DNA of 64,000 nt from Octopus sinensis. Lineage: Eukaryota. The notes under the pieces are model-generated. The model was not told the DNA's origin. It did no database searches and saw only the letters and a program-made list of their open reading frames with translations. Shown here one piece after another: positions 1 to 13,390 of this stretch. A program made the translations under genes and the position numbers. The DNA lies in assembly GCF_006345805.1 (NCBI RefSeq), contig NC_042997.1:19654001-19718000 (forward strand), in the 5' to 3' direction. Numbering within the stretch: the first letter of the stretch is position 1; the number at the start of each line of letters is the position of its first letter.

Positions 1-23
1 ATATATATATATATATATATGTA

Positions 24-190
24 GGTGCAAGCATGGTTGTGTGGTAAGATATTTGCTTCCCAACCATATGATTTCAGGTTCACTCCCACATCCCACTGTG
101 TGACAGTTTGAGCAAGTGTCTTCTATCATAACCCCAGGCCAACCAAAGCCTTATAAATGGAGTTAGTAGACAGAAACTGAAAGAAGCCTA
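24..190 (+). mobile_element. tRNA-derived SINE 5' half (family B here), diverged
   Basis: A-box/B-box-like head (ggtgcaagcatggttgtgtggtaag...ggttcactccc), then gcaagtgtcttcta...ccaaagcc...gaaagaagcc. Homologous to 14755-14919 and 28829-28994. Confidence 0.85.
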
Positions 191-231
191 TGTGTATGTA
201 CATCTGAACGTATGTGTATATGTGTATATCC

Positions 232-289
<58 letters not shown>

Positions 290-419
290 ATGTGTATATA
301 TATATCACATATATATATATATACATGTATGTATGTGTATATATATATTCACACACACACACCGCACGTACATACTTCACACACACACATGCAAACATAC
401 ATGTAGGCACATACATACA

Positions 420-2800
420 TACATACCTACACATGCACACCCTTACACTGAATGCACACACACATACACCTTTTTGCATCCAGGCAGCCCCCCCTCTTTT
501 CTGCTTTCCGGTTTTGGCTGATGGATCCTCGTTTCCTGCGTAGCGGGGTGTTCGAGGGCCTTTGCGCTCGCGCGCCTTGGCGCGCGCTGGGGGCTTGGTC
601 GGCCCCTTGGGCTTGCGTTGTACTGCTTGTGCGTTGTGTGCGTGGGCGCGCTTCGTCTGTGTGGGCTTGCTTCGGATGTGCGCGTGCGTATGTATGCATA
701 CATACCCACACACTCGCATGCATCCCTACCCACATACATACACGCACACCTACTCACACACACACATACACACACATACCTGCACACACACCAAACATAC
801 ATACATACACATACATACCTACTTCAGACATACACAACACAGACATACACCCATACACTCACACTCACACGCATACACACAACACATACACACGCACACG
901 TACACATAACACACACACACCTACATACATACATTACTTGTATACACACACACTTACATTCATACACACACACACCTACACAGCCATACCCTCACTCAGA
1001 CACACACATCTACCTACACACACACACAAACACACACGGACACACACCCATACATACATACATCTACACACACACACGCCTACACACATACATACACACA
1101 TACATAAACACACACACATACACATATACACACATACGCACACACACATATACTTATACACATGCACACACACACACATACATACATACACCCATATACA
1201 TACACACACACATACCCACATACTCCTATACGCACATACATACACAGACATACACACATACACACTCACACAAACATACACACACACATACTTACACACA
1301 CACTCACCTGCACGCGCACACACATGCATGACAAACACCCATACACTCACACTCACATACGCACACACCAACATAAACACGCACACGCACACGCACACAC
1401 ACACCTACACTCCCACACACATACACACGCACCTACATACACACACGCACGCATACACACGCATACACACATACATTACACACGTACACACACACCTACA
1501 TACACATGCATACACACCACACACACAAACATGCACGGACACACCCAGACATACACACATACACCTATATACACACGCCCACACACTACATACACACACA
1601 TATACACACGCCCACACACCTACATACACACACATACATACACACACATACACGGACACACCCATACATACTTACATACATACACCTATACACACACGCC
1701 TACACACCTACATACACACACATGCATACACACACACACACATGTACGCACACACACACACATATACGCACATACATATATACCCACACACATGCACACA
1801 CACACACACATACGCACATGCATGCACATGCACACGCGCACACCTACACGCATACACACACACACACGCACGTACACATACATACATACACACACGCATA
1901 CATACACCCATACACATACATGCATCCTACCACACATACATTACACACTCACACATACATACACACACACACACTCACTCACACACCTGTATGTACGCGC
2001 ACACACATGCACATACACACACTTCCCCACACCCACACGTACATACATACACACTCACACCATACACACACACACACACACACACACGGACATACATCTA
2101 TGCACACACATACATACACACATACTCACATACATCATCGACACACTGCCACCCGGACATACACACAGACACACTCACACATCCACACACATACATACTT
2201 ACGCACATACTCGCAGGCTCGCGCACGCACGCGCTTGCGCCGGTTCGCGTACGCATACGCTCCGCAGGCACCCGCTCTGGAACCGACAAGACCTCCCGCC
2301 CGTCCCTGGGACCGTCGCGTGTCGTTGGGTTTTCCCACGCCCGCCTCCGCGGGACCAATCTTCCATCTTCCCCTCAGCTGGAGTCCTTTTTCCTTAACCC
2401 CCCCTCTTTTTCGTTACACACACGCGCACACATATACACACATTGCTTAAATATATACATTACTCTCACACACATTCAATCTACTCGCCATTTATACCAC
2501 CACGACACTGGACACACACACACACTACTACTCAACACACGCTGGCACGCTACATACGCCCCCACCCCCTTCCCCTCCCTCCCTTCCTCCTTCCTTCTTT
2601 TTCTTACTACTGACCTTTGTCTGCTAAGCTGACCACTATCTCGCCCTACCTCACACGCCTACACCACAGACGCACACACTAACACACACACAATATATTT
2701 TTTTGTTTTCATCTCGCCTCACACACACACATACACACACGCACACGCACACACTCACACATACACACACATCTGTTGCGTTACCAACCTTGTCTCCACT
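420..2800. repeat. Long imperfect (CA)n/(CATA)n low-complexity tract with garbled GC-rich inserts
   Basis: About 2.3 kb of irregular CA/TA repeats. GC-rich patches at ~480-700 and ~2200-2420 show weak, scrambled similarity to the SINE (e.g. gggcttggtcggcccc vs ggctttggtcggccc). Confidence 0.85.
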
Positions 2801-3060
2801 CTTTTGCCTTTAAAAACCCACTTTGCTCTGTTTTCGTAAACATCCGCCTTTCACCATGTGCAACTCGTAAACACCAGTCGTCTTTTTTCTCTTTCCCTGT
2901 TGCCCGCTCTGGGATTTTCTTTCCTCTCTCTTCCTTCTTTATGTCCGACAAAGAGCTCCGCTCGAAACGTCATACCTCCCTGCTTCCTTTTCTGAGCGCC
3001 TATTAATAATAATACTGTAATTGTTCCATTGTTGTTGTTTTTTTGTTTCCCGTTTGGATT

Positions 3061-3120
<60 letters not shown>

Positions 3121-3496
3121 ATAGTATGAGAATGTGTAACTGAGTACAATGACTTCTAGATCTCACCTAAAGTTCCAAACAGGAAAATCACATTAACAAA
3201 TCAATATGACTAATGACCTGAGGCAATAAACAGAAATCACTGGTGACCTGGTAAAGTAAGATGGTATTTGTTTGAATATTTTCTTATATCTAATGTTCAA
3301 AAAGAATTTAAGGCATTCACTTTAAAGAAGTGTTGGTTTTGGTGCTGGATCAAGGCACTCCCTGATTCTATACTTTTCTGAAACTATGTTCTCAATGCTT
3401 TTAAATGTTCTCTTATCTATTGTATACTAGCGTGGGTCTCTACAGCATTATGACAAAAGTGTTCGGTATTTTATGGGCAAAATGTAAACCTTCAAG

Positions 3497-3544
3497 GGAT
3501 ATGGAGAAAATCTGAGACTATTACATTATCAGCTGAATGATAAC
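3497..3544 (+). CDS. Candidate exon of unidentified gene (GYGENLRLLHYQLNDN)
   Basis: Strong donor AAC/gtaagt at 3545 but a weak acceptor (ccttcaag). Using the upstream acceptor at 3430 adds an in-frame TAA at 3485-3487. Its phase 0 end matches the phase 0 start of 7104. Confidence 0.2.
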
Positions 3545-4899
3545 GTAAGTAGAAGTGTGAGCCATCAAACTATTTTCGTCAATTCTTTGACACATCATAT
3601 CTGAACAAAATAGAGGATTGATAGTTTAATACCTAAGGAAGAATAGTGCTTTTCTTCTGCTTGTGATTATTACATCACTAGTCACTAATCTCATATACCT
3701 CTATGTAAGCATAATATTAAGAATGTGGGGAATACAATAAAATACCTTTTATCTGTCTCAGTCAGTATTTTCAACATGATTTTTGTGAAGATAGATATGT
3801 TTATATTTGTGATATAAAAATGCATATGTACATAAATAGATACATAAACACACATGCATGCACACACATACACACACAGAATATATATATAACATTAGGA
3901 GATGATTGTTTTAAATAAGTTTCAAATCACAGTACAGTCTACTGCTTGATTTGTTCTCCCTTGTAGAAATATCTGCAGTAATTAGTTTTGTGAGATTAAT
4001 GTGCTGCCTATTGAGCTACCAAGAAGATCCCTACTGGCAGATATTAATTCAATGTTAATGAAATGAAAAATTAAATTAGTGAATCACAGGGTTGCTTTTA
4101 GAATCAACATTCTTTTCATATTTTGCCATTTTGGTACTTAATAAATCCAATAATTCTGATTTCATAATTAACTTCTGCAAGCCTTTTAATATGCAATGAG
4201 AGTTGATTCCATCAGTTTTATGATATAATTTAGAAGTTTTCTTTCCTTCCTTTTTTTCCGTTTCTTTTCTTACATATGAGAATCTGTTTTTGTAAGAGTT
4301 CAAGGTTATAATTAACTTAATCATACTATATTACTAATATATTTTATTAACCACTGTGGGATTTGAACTCAGTAACATGGATCACTAACAGAGATGAAAG
4401 AAAGCTTTTAGTGTTACTCTATGTTTCTCATTATAATATATGTAAGATACAATATCGAGATTAAGTCTTCAAAGATTTTGTAACTCATCTTTCTCAAGTG
4501 ATTAATTATCATTTCTTTTCCCATATAATTACCTAATTTTTTAAATTGCAGGTATATTAATAATGAAACAATATTATTATTATAACTTCTATATTGAAAG
4601 TTTAATGTAATTTTCATTCATTCATAAATAACACAGGTCAACAATAATTTTTTTGTGTATTGTCAAAAGCTTTCAACCTGAGCTACAAGTTTTTTGACTT
4701 TAAGATACTGGATCCATAGTATTTCATTGTTTTGTCAATAGAACAGCTTATGAAGAAAAGGCATGACGTCCAAACAAGCGTAGAAGTTGGTTTTCTTCAA
4801 AACCAAAATGTTTTCTTAAAATTCTCCTGAAAAAAAAAAAGTAAAATCCTTATTTTTGCCTAAAAACCTTAAAATTTATGCCTAATTTCCTATGAATTT

Positions 4900-5691
4900 G
4901 CATTTGATTGATTTTCTTGAGTGATGAACTTCAGAAAAATCATGAGTCAAGTTCCAGCAACAGTCCCTCATTAAATGAAAGTCTCAGTTGCTTTGATACC
5001 TTTGTTTCATTAACTTTATGTCCTGATGGAAACGCTTTACCTACTTGTCACTTGTGTCACCAGGATTTTCAGGGAACTTGTCAAGATGTTTGGGGAGATG
5101 TTGTAAGTTCATGCTCATATTTACTCCCAACTTTTCCATCATATGGTCAAATATTTTGCATAGTTCGCTGCCTTCTTGTCAATTACAACTATTGCTTATG
5201 AATTCCATGCCGCTGCTTCAATACAAGTCATTGAATTTGCAAAGTTCCTATCTTGCATCAATTTTCTGATTTGAGGCCCACCAAATATTCCAGCTTTTAT
5301 CTTTTCACTGCTTAGACCAGGAAAATATGCTGCAGATACAGTGAAAGCATGATCCATCTTTATCCAGACCTTTAACAAACTGCTTCATAATGCCAAGTTT
5401 GATATTGAGTGGAGGTAGGATGATTTTTCCTGGTTGAACTAAAAGCCCTTTAACCTCATTAATAGACCCTGGAACTAGTATTTGCTGCAACCATTCTTTT
5501 GACCACCCAGTATATTTCCCTGGCTCTGCCATCCCACATACATAAAAAGCATGGATAGTTAGTGTGTCTATTTTGTTGCCCTGAGAAAAAATCGACCATC
5601 TATGCATATAACCCACTGATGATTTGGAGATTTGTATTCCTTGAAATCTAGACTTGATGATTAAAATGGATTCCATTTTGGAGTACAGCAT
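4900..5691 (-). pseudogene. Decayed DNA transposase, Chapaev3/CMC-like
   Basis: Frameshifted ORFs give IILPPLNIKLGIMKQFVKGLDKDG, KIKAGIFGGPQIRKLM, and by manual translation HLDKFPENPGDTSDK*VKRFHQDIKLMKQRYQ. These match a recurrent animal transposase motif set. The family name is from recall. Confidence 0.75.
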
Positions 5692-6583
5692 ATCAAAAAG
5701 AAAAAGAAACCTTTCAAATAAGGGGAAAATGTCCTGATGACAAAATAGCTGCTGGGTTGTGTAATTAAAGTCATAAATAAGCAGTACATCTACTCAGTAA
5801 ATGGTTAACATTTTTTTTTACTTAATTCCTCTATCTGTTAAATAATCTATTACAACTTATTAATGATCTTTTTCCATTGAAATTCTATTATAGGAATGTA
5901 GAGATCAGTTAAACCACACCATAGTTAAAACCACGTGGTTAAGTGAGCTTGACATCCTTTAGTGTCCCAAGGTGATTCTGGATGACAACACGGTAACCTT
6001 GACTCTGTGCATGGCTGACAAGTGAAGCAATGTAACAGCTCTCACTGTTGCTTCCATGTCCAGGGCACACAACTATTGTTAAGTCTGAAAGGAAGAGAAA
6101 GAGCAAGGAATTTCTATCTTATGCAGCACCGTTAATAAAAGGAGATACATACAAAAATAAACTTTAAATTTTAAATTCTCAAAATATATTTTAAAGAAAG
6201 TTTATATCATTCATTGTGCAATAAGCTTCTTAAATATCTCATGAATATCTTATCCAAACTTTATTACTATTACTATGAACACTTTCGACTCACTAAAAAT
6301 TGAGTCATTTGAATTCTCTCATGCTACCTTCTGAGAAATATATCTTGGTTGTTCTTCACCAGACTTTTCTTAAGCCAAACCGTATTGGAATTTTTTTTAA
6401 ATGATGTTAACTTAGCTATTACTTACAAAGCAATTAAAACTGAAATATGCTCAGAGTTTTCCCTATATTTATCAAAGATCTGACTCACAACCACTTACAT
6501 ATTTCAATTTAACTTGTAATCAGTTCAAGTATCAAGTATCTTGCTAAGACTAGTAATCATTCTTCTCAATATTGATGTACTTT

Positions 6584-6753
6584 AAGGTGGCAAACTGGCA
6601 GAATCATTAGCATGCTGAGCCAAATGCTCAGTGGCATTTCTTTTGCCTTTATGTTCTGAGTTCAAATTCTACTGAGATTCACTTTGCTTATCATTTTGGG
6701 GTCAATAAAATAAGTACCAGTTTAACACTAAGGTTAATTTAATTGACTAATCC
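6584..6753 (+). mobile_element. tRNA-derived SINE (family A, Meta-domain-like), diverged
   Basis: ggtggcaaactggcagaatcattagcatgc...gagttcaaattc...ggggtcaataaaataagtaccag. Homologous to the reverse complement of 11894-12127. Confidence 0.8.
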
Positions 6754-6761
6754 CCTATTTT

Positions 6762-6988
6762 TTTATTGCCCACAAGGAGCTAAATGTAGAGGGGACAAAT
6801 AAGAACAGACAAAAGGATTAAGTCGATTACATCGACCCCAGTGCATAACTGGTACGTAATTTGTCGACCCTGAAAAGATGAAAAGCAAAGTCGAACTCGG
6901 CGGAATTTGAACTCAGAACATAACGGCAGACGAAATACCATTAATTATTTCACTCGGCATGCTAACATTTCTGCCAGATCACCCCCTT
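6762..6988 (-). mobile_element. SINE family A, near full length
   Basis: cccacaaggagctaaatgtagaggggacaaa...gtcgaccctgaaaagatgaaaagcaaagtcg...ctgccag, same as 11894-12127 and 25341-25569. Confidence 0.9.
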
Positions 6989-7103
6989 CATCTACTAATC
7001 AACTAATTCCACCTTAATCGATTAATCCCCAGCCACAAACCTTCTGGCATTGTGCTAAATTGTGAAACCAGTGTTGATGTATTTTAATTAAACATTCTTT
7101 TAG

Positions 7104-7231
7104 ATTCATTGCATTAAGTATCTTACCAACACTTCACTTTACTTCTGTCTTCAAACAGGTAGAAGTTACATTTATAATGCATTTGTTATAGCAATCAACA
7201 TTTTGAAGAGAAGCAAATCAATCAACAAAAT
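7104..7231 (+). CDS. Candidate exon of unidentified gene (IHCIKYLTNTSLYFCLQTGRSYIYNAFVIAINILKRSKSINK)
   Basis: Acceptor cattcttttag at 7103 and open frame to AAT/gtaaat. An internal cag at 7158 could act as an alternative acceptor or donor, so the boundaries are uncertain. Confidence 0.3.
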
Positions 7232-7949
7232 GTAAATTTCAAGCAAATTAATAAAATATAAATTGAAGAGAATTAAGATAACATTAATGAATTGTAAAAT
7301 ATATTGCATAACCATATTCCTCACTAATATTGAAAATTTGATTCAGTAAGTAATATATTATGAAAGGATATAAAATTACTTTCAATGTAACAGTGTTTAT
7401 GACATGGAATTATAATCCTAATAGAATGCAAGTTGTTTTTCCAAAATTGTGTATAAGCATACTTGGAGGTGTGGAGAATTATTATATATCTTAGAATTAG
7501 AAGTTTGAGAGATGATTCTTATGGAGTTATCAGATCCAACCAGCAAGAAGTCAAATAGAGGGATCTGTCAGGAAGGGGAGCAACAGAAAATAGAAAATAG
7601 ATAAATAAATAAATAAATAAAAGCACCTGCCACCAACTCATCTGCTTACCATAAACAAATTAATAACATTCCACCTACAGTTGCAAGAAATATGAACACC
7701 ACACCACAGAAATGACACATACAATGAATGAAAAAGCCAATGAACATACACAAACACCAGGCTACTTATATACATCAACAGATATATATATATGTATATA
7801 TATACAAACACACATACATACACACCATTAATACTGAGTCACAATAATTTTGCTTGAAGAGAACAGTGATGTGAAACTCAAGCCATACGACAAACTCTCC
7901 ACTTTAGCTTCACTAAAAAAAATTACACACACACACACACATATTGTCA

Positions 7950-8300
7950 AAAGGCATATGGCCTACTGGTTAGGGTATTCACTCCGGATTGCAACATCAT
8001 GGTTTCAATTCCCAGCCCAACCATTACATTGTGTTGTTGAGCAAAACACTTCATCTGACGTTGCTCTCTAATCATTTCATCATCTGACATGTGGCACATC
8101 GTGCATCTGTACAGGTAATGTTGATTTGATGGAGGTGTGAGCTTATGTGAAGACAAACATCTGATCCCTATAAACAAACCAATTGTGTAGTTGTTTAGCA
8201 AATAATTGCAGAGCCCTCATGTATTGTCTAACAACAGGAGAATCCAAGATGTGTGTGTGTGTGTGTGCATGTGTGTATAGTCTTACAAAATACCAAGAAT
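7950..8300 (+). mobile_element. Old tRNA-derived SINE
   Basis: ggcatatggcctactggttagggtattc...ggtttcaattcccagc head followed by ttgagcaaaacacttcat core-like segment. Confidence 0.65.
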
Positions 8301-8744
8301 TGTGATAGCATTTCAGTTTAAAAACTGACAATCTGACAATTTCATCTTAATGCTTTTTGAGTAAATCCGTGTCTCACATTCAAACAACACATTTACAGTT
8401 ATCAGAGAAAGCACTCCCTCATTTGTTGCACTGTTCATTCAAACCATATTCAATTTACTAATTATGCTGTGGATTGCAATTTACCTTTTCTTTCTGAGTT
8501 ACACAATTTTTGTCGATTAGAGACCCAATTAAATTAAAGTAACCAATGATTTCAGTTGTATGTCATTAATTAGAACTTCTTTCTTGTCAGTGTCATTTCT
8601 TAGTCCCTTGTCATGATAATCTGACGCTTTCCCCAGTCGATCAACTATAAAATATAATACCCCATCCCCATTAATCAGTGTCATCTGCACATCTTAAATA
8701 TGTATTCATTCTTCCAATGACTTTTGGCTGGGCAGAAATAGCAG

Positions 8745-9170
8745 GTGGTGCACCGTTCACTTAATTAGTCACCCTAGCAAAATGATAAGTAGTGTGTTAG
8801 ATAATCATCTAAAACTGCATAAGAAAAGGATAATAGTTGATGAGCAAGTAGGCTTCCAAGAAGATTGCATTTCTGTACAAGACAGCTTAAGTGAAAATCA
8901 TTGGTGAGAAATTTAGAGACCATCAAATGCAATTATATCACACAGATGATGCTTTTTAAAAAATAATGCTTGGTTTAGTATGGAGAGAAGCAAATGAAGA
9001 AGTATGACATCCCCATGCATTGAATCAGAATATTACGAAAACTACATGGAAAAAGTATTAGTGTTGTTCTGAACAATAACGAAATCATACAATGGAATGG
9101 AACAAGCATCAGAGTTAGAAATGGTTGTTCATTATCACCAGGACATTTCTATCTAATTCTTTAACAAATT
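8745..9170 (+). pseudogene. RTE-clade LINE reverse transcriptase relic
   Basis: Manual translation gives ISHPSKMISSVLDNHLK, DEQVGFQ and IRVRNGCSLSP, degenerate versions of the RTE RT motifs ISHPSK, EEQAGFR and GVRQGCSLSP. Confidence 0.7.
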
Positions 9171-9189
9171 ATGCCATGTGCACACACAC

Positions 9190-9975
9190 CTGGGATGATG
9201 GGAATGTAGCATTATTACCCAGCGTTTATCTATTATATTATACTATATACAGAAACCAAGCAGTGGACAGAGTTGAGAAACCTGATGATTGCAGGTTTTC
9301 CTACCAGCATGTGGGCGTAGTACTAATGCCTATTCTGGTTTGATTCATACGATCTGCTATCTCTAAAGACGGACCAAATGTATTATCATTATCAGTGTCG
9401 GGTTGGGAGAGGGTGTCACCAGTTCTATGTGAACAGGTTGCTAATAGTAGGGACAGTGGTACTATGGTTGGTATTATCAAATCAGGTAAGGTTCCCAAGG
9501 GTTGTATTATTACTGTCAGGTGGGTTGGGATTAGGTCCAGAAGCATAGATGATAGGGACTACTATGAGGTGGAATAGTTTGCAGTAATTATGGATCCTAA
9601 ATTTGGTGTTGTGGAATAGGAGATTTTAATAGAAGATTTATTAAAGATAGGTTAATATTTATGTTGTGGTGGGTAATTGGAGTTCAGGATTTTGAAGAAA
9701 AGCTTGGGTAATGATCTAATCTGCAGAGAGAATAGTACCATGAACCATGAGGTTTCCTGCTTTAAAGACTAAGAGTATGGAGCTATGATGAGTAGGTCTA
9801 CCTGGGGAGATCTGAGATTATTAAACTATTGAGATGACCAGAGATATGGGCAAGTATTGCACATTGGGGAATCCAGTCACAGGTTAATGGAACGTAAATT
9901 GACAGAAGTAAGCTCGTTGGGGTCAGGATCGGTACTGGGGAAAGAGAAGTGCAAGTTTTGTCTTTAGTTTAGTAT
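9190..9975 (-). pseudogene. Penelope-like element relic (RT C-terminus, linker, start of GIY-YIG)
   Basis: Manual minus-strand translation gives SWFMVLFSLQIRSLPKLFFKILNSNYPPQHKY*PIFNKSSIKISYSTTPNLGSIIT (cf. PLE IWFNPPFS...KHFP..HKL.KIFN..T.K.SYS..PN) and TCNHQVSQLCPLLGFC (cf. CNC....CPL.G.C). Confidence 0.75.
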
Positions 9976-10189
9976 TGAGGATACTAAACATTCCTCAAGG
10001 TGGTGTCCCAGCTTGGCCGCAGTCTAATAACTGCAACATGTAAAAAGAAAAAGTATATAATCGTGGGGATTTTGTCCACTTTCACACTTTATCTATGGGG
10101 CCTTTGTCCTGATCCTGATGCCATCACAATACAGGCAGCTGTGTCCTTTGTTTCCTCACCATTCACAGGAGACCCTGCCGTTTGATTTT

Positions 10190-10905
10190 TCTCGACTAAA
10201 ATTAATTTTGCTGCTAATTACATTACTTCCGACACCAAACAATTTCACTTGTTAGTGCATTACCACTTACCTCACGCACTGAGGTTAAATACCTCATTTG
10301 GAGCAGCCACTATATCTACATATGAAGACAGGGATTCTGAGGCACATCTCCACATCAAAACAAAAACGATATCAGCTCCTTCATAAAGGAGTTTTAGGAA
10401 ATAAAAGCCCATTACAATTATTCCGATGTATGCGTAATCTAGCAGAGAGCAATCCTTTGGATGAAAACATGTTATGGCAACTTTTCTTTGCTTTGGATAT
10501 AAATCTCTGATGACAATTTCAATGGGTTTTTATAGTTAAAGACTTATCGTACCCGATTCTTGGCGCAGATTTTTTGCATCATTTTAATATTTTGGTCGAT
10601 TGAAGAAATAAGCGATTAATTGGCTCAAGAACTCATCTCTCTGCACAAGATACGTTTTCAAGCCATTCTACTGTCACTCCAACTTTTTTTGCATTCCATC
10701 CAATCATTTCGACGAACTTTCATTACAATTTCCGGATATGTCTCAGATGGTTTTTTCCATAACAAAACTCCAGTGCATACAGTTACACACCATATTATTA
10801 CAAATGGACCGCCTGTTGCATCTCATCGAAGGCGCATTGCCACGAAAAAACTTAAAGTAGTCAAGGAAGAATTTAGCCACATGTTAGATCTTGGGAACAT
10901 CATCA
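10190..10905 (+). pseudogene. Gypsy/Ty3 LTR retrotransposon gag-protease-RT relic
   Basis: LGNKSPLQLFRCMRNLA (gag, cf. LGDRKPSQLLR.MR.LA), YPILGADF (protease), HTVTHHIITNGPPVASHRRRIATKKLKVVKEEFSHMLDLG (RT start). Confidence 0.85.
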
Positions 10906-11149
10906 GTGGGGGAGACATTGTTGGCATTGTTGCTGTCATTGTTGATGTCTCCATTGGTACTACTATAACTATCGTTGTTGTTGCTATTATTAGGGTTATC
11001 ATTAGCGATGGCGTTGCTGCTATTTTGCTGTAGTTGCTGAGGTTGCTATAATTAATAATAGCAATGGTGTTGCTGTTGGCTAGTGGGTTTAAGGAATGCA
11101 TCTCCTACATGCTGAGCCCTAACAGCCACAGAAGGAAGCTCAACCGAAA

Positions 11150-11700
11150 TATCGTTTGGTTTGACCCCCTTTCTCCATCTACGTTAAAACGTATGTAGGT
11201 AGGGTATTTCTTAGGTTAGGAGATAAGCACTTTATAGTAAGGGGCCACAGTAGCAAAAATCTCTTGGCTAGTGGACAGATTTGAGATCTTCTTGCTGACA
11301 CCCTTCACCAGGTTTCTGAACATGATGGGCAGGTGGCAGAAGGCTATGTTGATATATGTCAGCCTTTCATTTGACTTGCGATAGTACCTGTATGTACTGG
11401 AGCGTAAGTCTAGCATGACATCTGAGGAGTCTGCAGTGGTGCAGTTGGTCTAAATTCCAGGACAGAAGTCTTTCGACCTTGTTTACATTTCAGGCAATTC
11501 CTACTTAAATCCTGGCACCCATTAGCTGACTGAGTGGATTCCGAAGCAATCCTTTATGTTTGACCTTTCTTCTTTATCTGTGTGTTCGAAAACAAGACAC
11601 GAGACATTTTCTCCCTCCGAATTGAAGAGAAGTAATAGGCCACTGGCCATTAGGGTTTGACAGGATGTGTGCAAAGCTAAGTGTTTTATGGATGTGAAAC
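11150..11700 (-). pseudogene. Penelope-like element RT C-terminal relic
   Basis: ORF 11216-11416 DVMLDLRSSTYRYYRKSNERLTYINIAFCHLPIMFRNLVKGVSKKISNLSTSQEIFATVAPYY resembles PLE LDVTLDL...YKPYRKPN...YIN..SNHPP...N....I..RIS.LSSN.EIF...AP.Y. Confidence 0.8.
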
Positions 11701-11807
11701 ACTGGGTAACCCTATAAACCATAACTAACATTCTCTAAATACTCTACTGTTCTTTTACTTAGAGTCTGATTCTCGTTCAGATTTATGATTTACTGATGAT
11801 ACATACA

Positions 11808-11892
<85 letters not shown>

Positions 11893-11893
11893 G

Positions 11894-12127
11894 TATTTCT
11901 TTACTACCCACAAGGAGCTAAACATAGAGGGGACAAACAAGGACAGACAAACGAATTTAAGTCGATTATATTGACCCCAGTGCGTAACTGGTACTTAATT
12001 TATCGATCCCGAAAGGATGAAAGGCAAAGTCGACCTCAGCGGAATTTGAACTCGGAACGTAACGGTAGACGAAATACGGCTACGCATTTCGCCCGGCGTA
12101 CTAACGGTTCTGCCAGCTCGCCGCCTT
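11894..12127 (-). mobile_element. SINE family A, young full-length copy
   Basis: Reverse complement reads aggcggcgagctggcagaaccgttagtacgccgggcg...gagttcaaattccgc...gcctttcatcctttcgggatcgataaattaagtaccag...gtgggtagtaaagaaata. Confidence 0.92.
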
Positions 12128-12178
12128 GCATATATATATATATGTGTGTGTGTGGTGTGTGTGTGTGAGTGTGTGTGT

Positions 12179-12415
12179 GGAGGCACATGGCCTAGTGGTT
12201 AGAGCAGCGGACTCGCTGTCGAGGGATCGCGGGTTTGAATTTCAGACAGGACGATGTGTGTATTTATGAGTGAAACTTCCGCTGACTCTTTCGCCAGAAC
12301 TTTCTCTCACTCTTTCCTCCTGCATCTTGCAGCTCACCTGCGATGGAACCTATACGCCAAGAAAATGGGAAACCGGCCCTTATGAGCCAGTCATGACTTG
12401 AGAAGGAACAAACAA
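12179..12415 (+). mobile_element. tRNA-derived SINE (family C)
   Basis: ggaggcacatggcctagtggttagagcagcggactcg...gggtttgaatttc head, then actttctctcactctttcctcctg body shared with 21078-21467. Confidence 0.85.
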
Positions 12416-12429
12416 AAAAAAAACACACA

Positions 12430-12479
<50 letters not shown>

Positions 12480-12642
12480 TTACTCAAAGCAGCGATGAAT
12501 AAAATATATTTCTGGAAGGTCATATTTAACATGCATATTATTTGAGAGTAACATTTTATCAACTGAAATTATAAGGACATTGACAAGTTACAAGTATTCT
12601 TGATGATTAAACTGAAAAAGAGCAAAGGAAATAACTCTTCAG

Positions 12643-12677
12643 ATGTCACTTGCTTAAAACGTAAATGGAGACATGCA
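12643..12677 (+). CDS. Candidate short exon (xD-VTCLKRKWRHA)
   Basis: Acceptor aactcttcag and strong donor GCA/gtgagt. It lies in a longer stop-free frame (DIDKLQVFLMIKLKKSKGNNSSDVTCLKRKWRHA), so the true 5' boundary may be upstream. Confidence 0.3.
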
Positions 12678-13149
12678 GTGAGTCTGATGTTTGGCATTTA
12701 TGATGACAACTCTAGGCATTTTTCAATTTGTTTTGATCTTTAGAAAAAAATATAATCTTCACAAAGCAAGAATATCACACCATTACTAGTAGATATATTT
12801 TTATTTTATGTGTGCAAAAATATCATATTTTAAGCTAATTAGAATTATAACATTGAAAAATTTCCCAAATGGGTTTTCTGCATGAAGAACATTCACTTAA
12901 ATGCACGTTAAGATAGTGAGAGAAATATTATTTTTGATTGACTGAAATAGTATCTTCATGATATAACGATGATAAAATTAAAAAAAGTATCATAATTTCT
13001 GAGTAGAACTCAAAAAACTAATGATACTTGGTGCTGACAATTAATAATGCAGAGTTTAAAATATGAACCAGCTAAATGAAGTTGCTTGCTTGAACTTTTT
13101 CAAATATTACTATTAATTTTTCTGGTCACTTTGTAAATTCTCTTTCTAT

Positions 13150-13390
13150 ATCTCAATGTTTCAAATCATCATCTTTCCATGCTGGCATGGGTTAGACAGC
13201 TTAACTGAAACTGGTAAACCAGAGAACTGCACTAGGTTCCAGTCTGATTTAGGCTTGGTTTTTACAGCTGAATGCTCTTCCTAATGCCAGCCACTCTGAG
13301 AGTGTAGCGGGTGCTTTTAAATGTCACTGGCATGGGTGCTTTTACGTGTCACCAACATGGAAGCTGTTATGTGTCACTGGCACCAGCCCC
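13150..13390 (-). mobile_element. RTE-type 3' end repeat with (ATG)n tail (family D)
   Basis: catcatctttccatgctggcatgggttagacag...ttcctaatgccagccactctgagagtgtag. Reverse complement of the 27440-27725 type. Confidence 0.8.

Noticed and set aside
452-2632. 726-aa ORF and overlapping 200-400-aa His/Thr- or Cys/Val-rich ORFs
   Set aside because: Translations of (CA)n/(TG)n repeats that lack stop codons. No protein signal.
4076-4324. 82-aa minus-strand ORF as a possible terminal exon
   Set aside because: Weak acceptor, no supporting upstream minus-strand exons, no recognisable homology.
9190-11700. One PLE split by the Gypsy relic
   Set aside because: Both pieces contain the same RT C-terminal segment (APY motif region), so they are separate copies.
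11894-12240. tRNA-like A/B boxes at SINE heads considered as tRNA genes
   Set aside because: No complete cloverleaf, and they continue into SINE bodies present in many copies.
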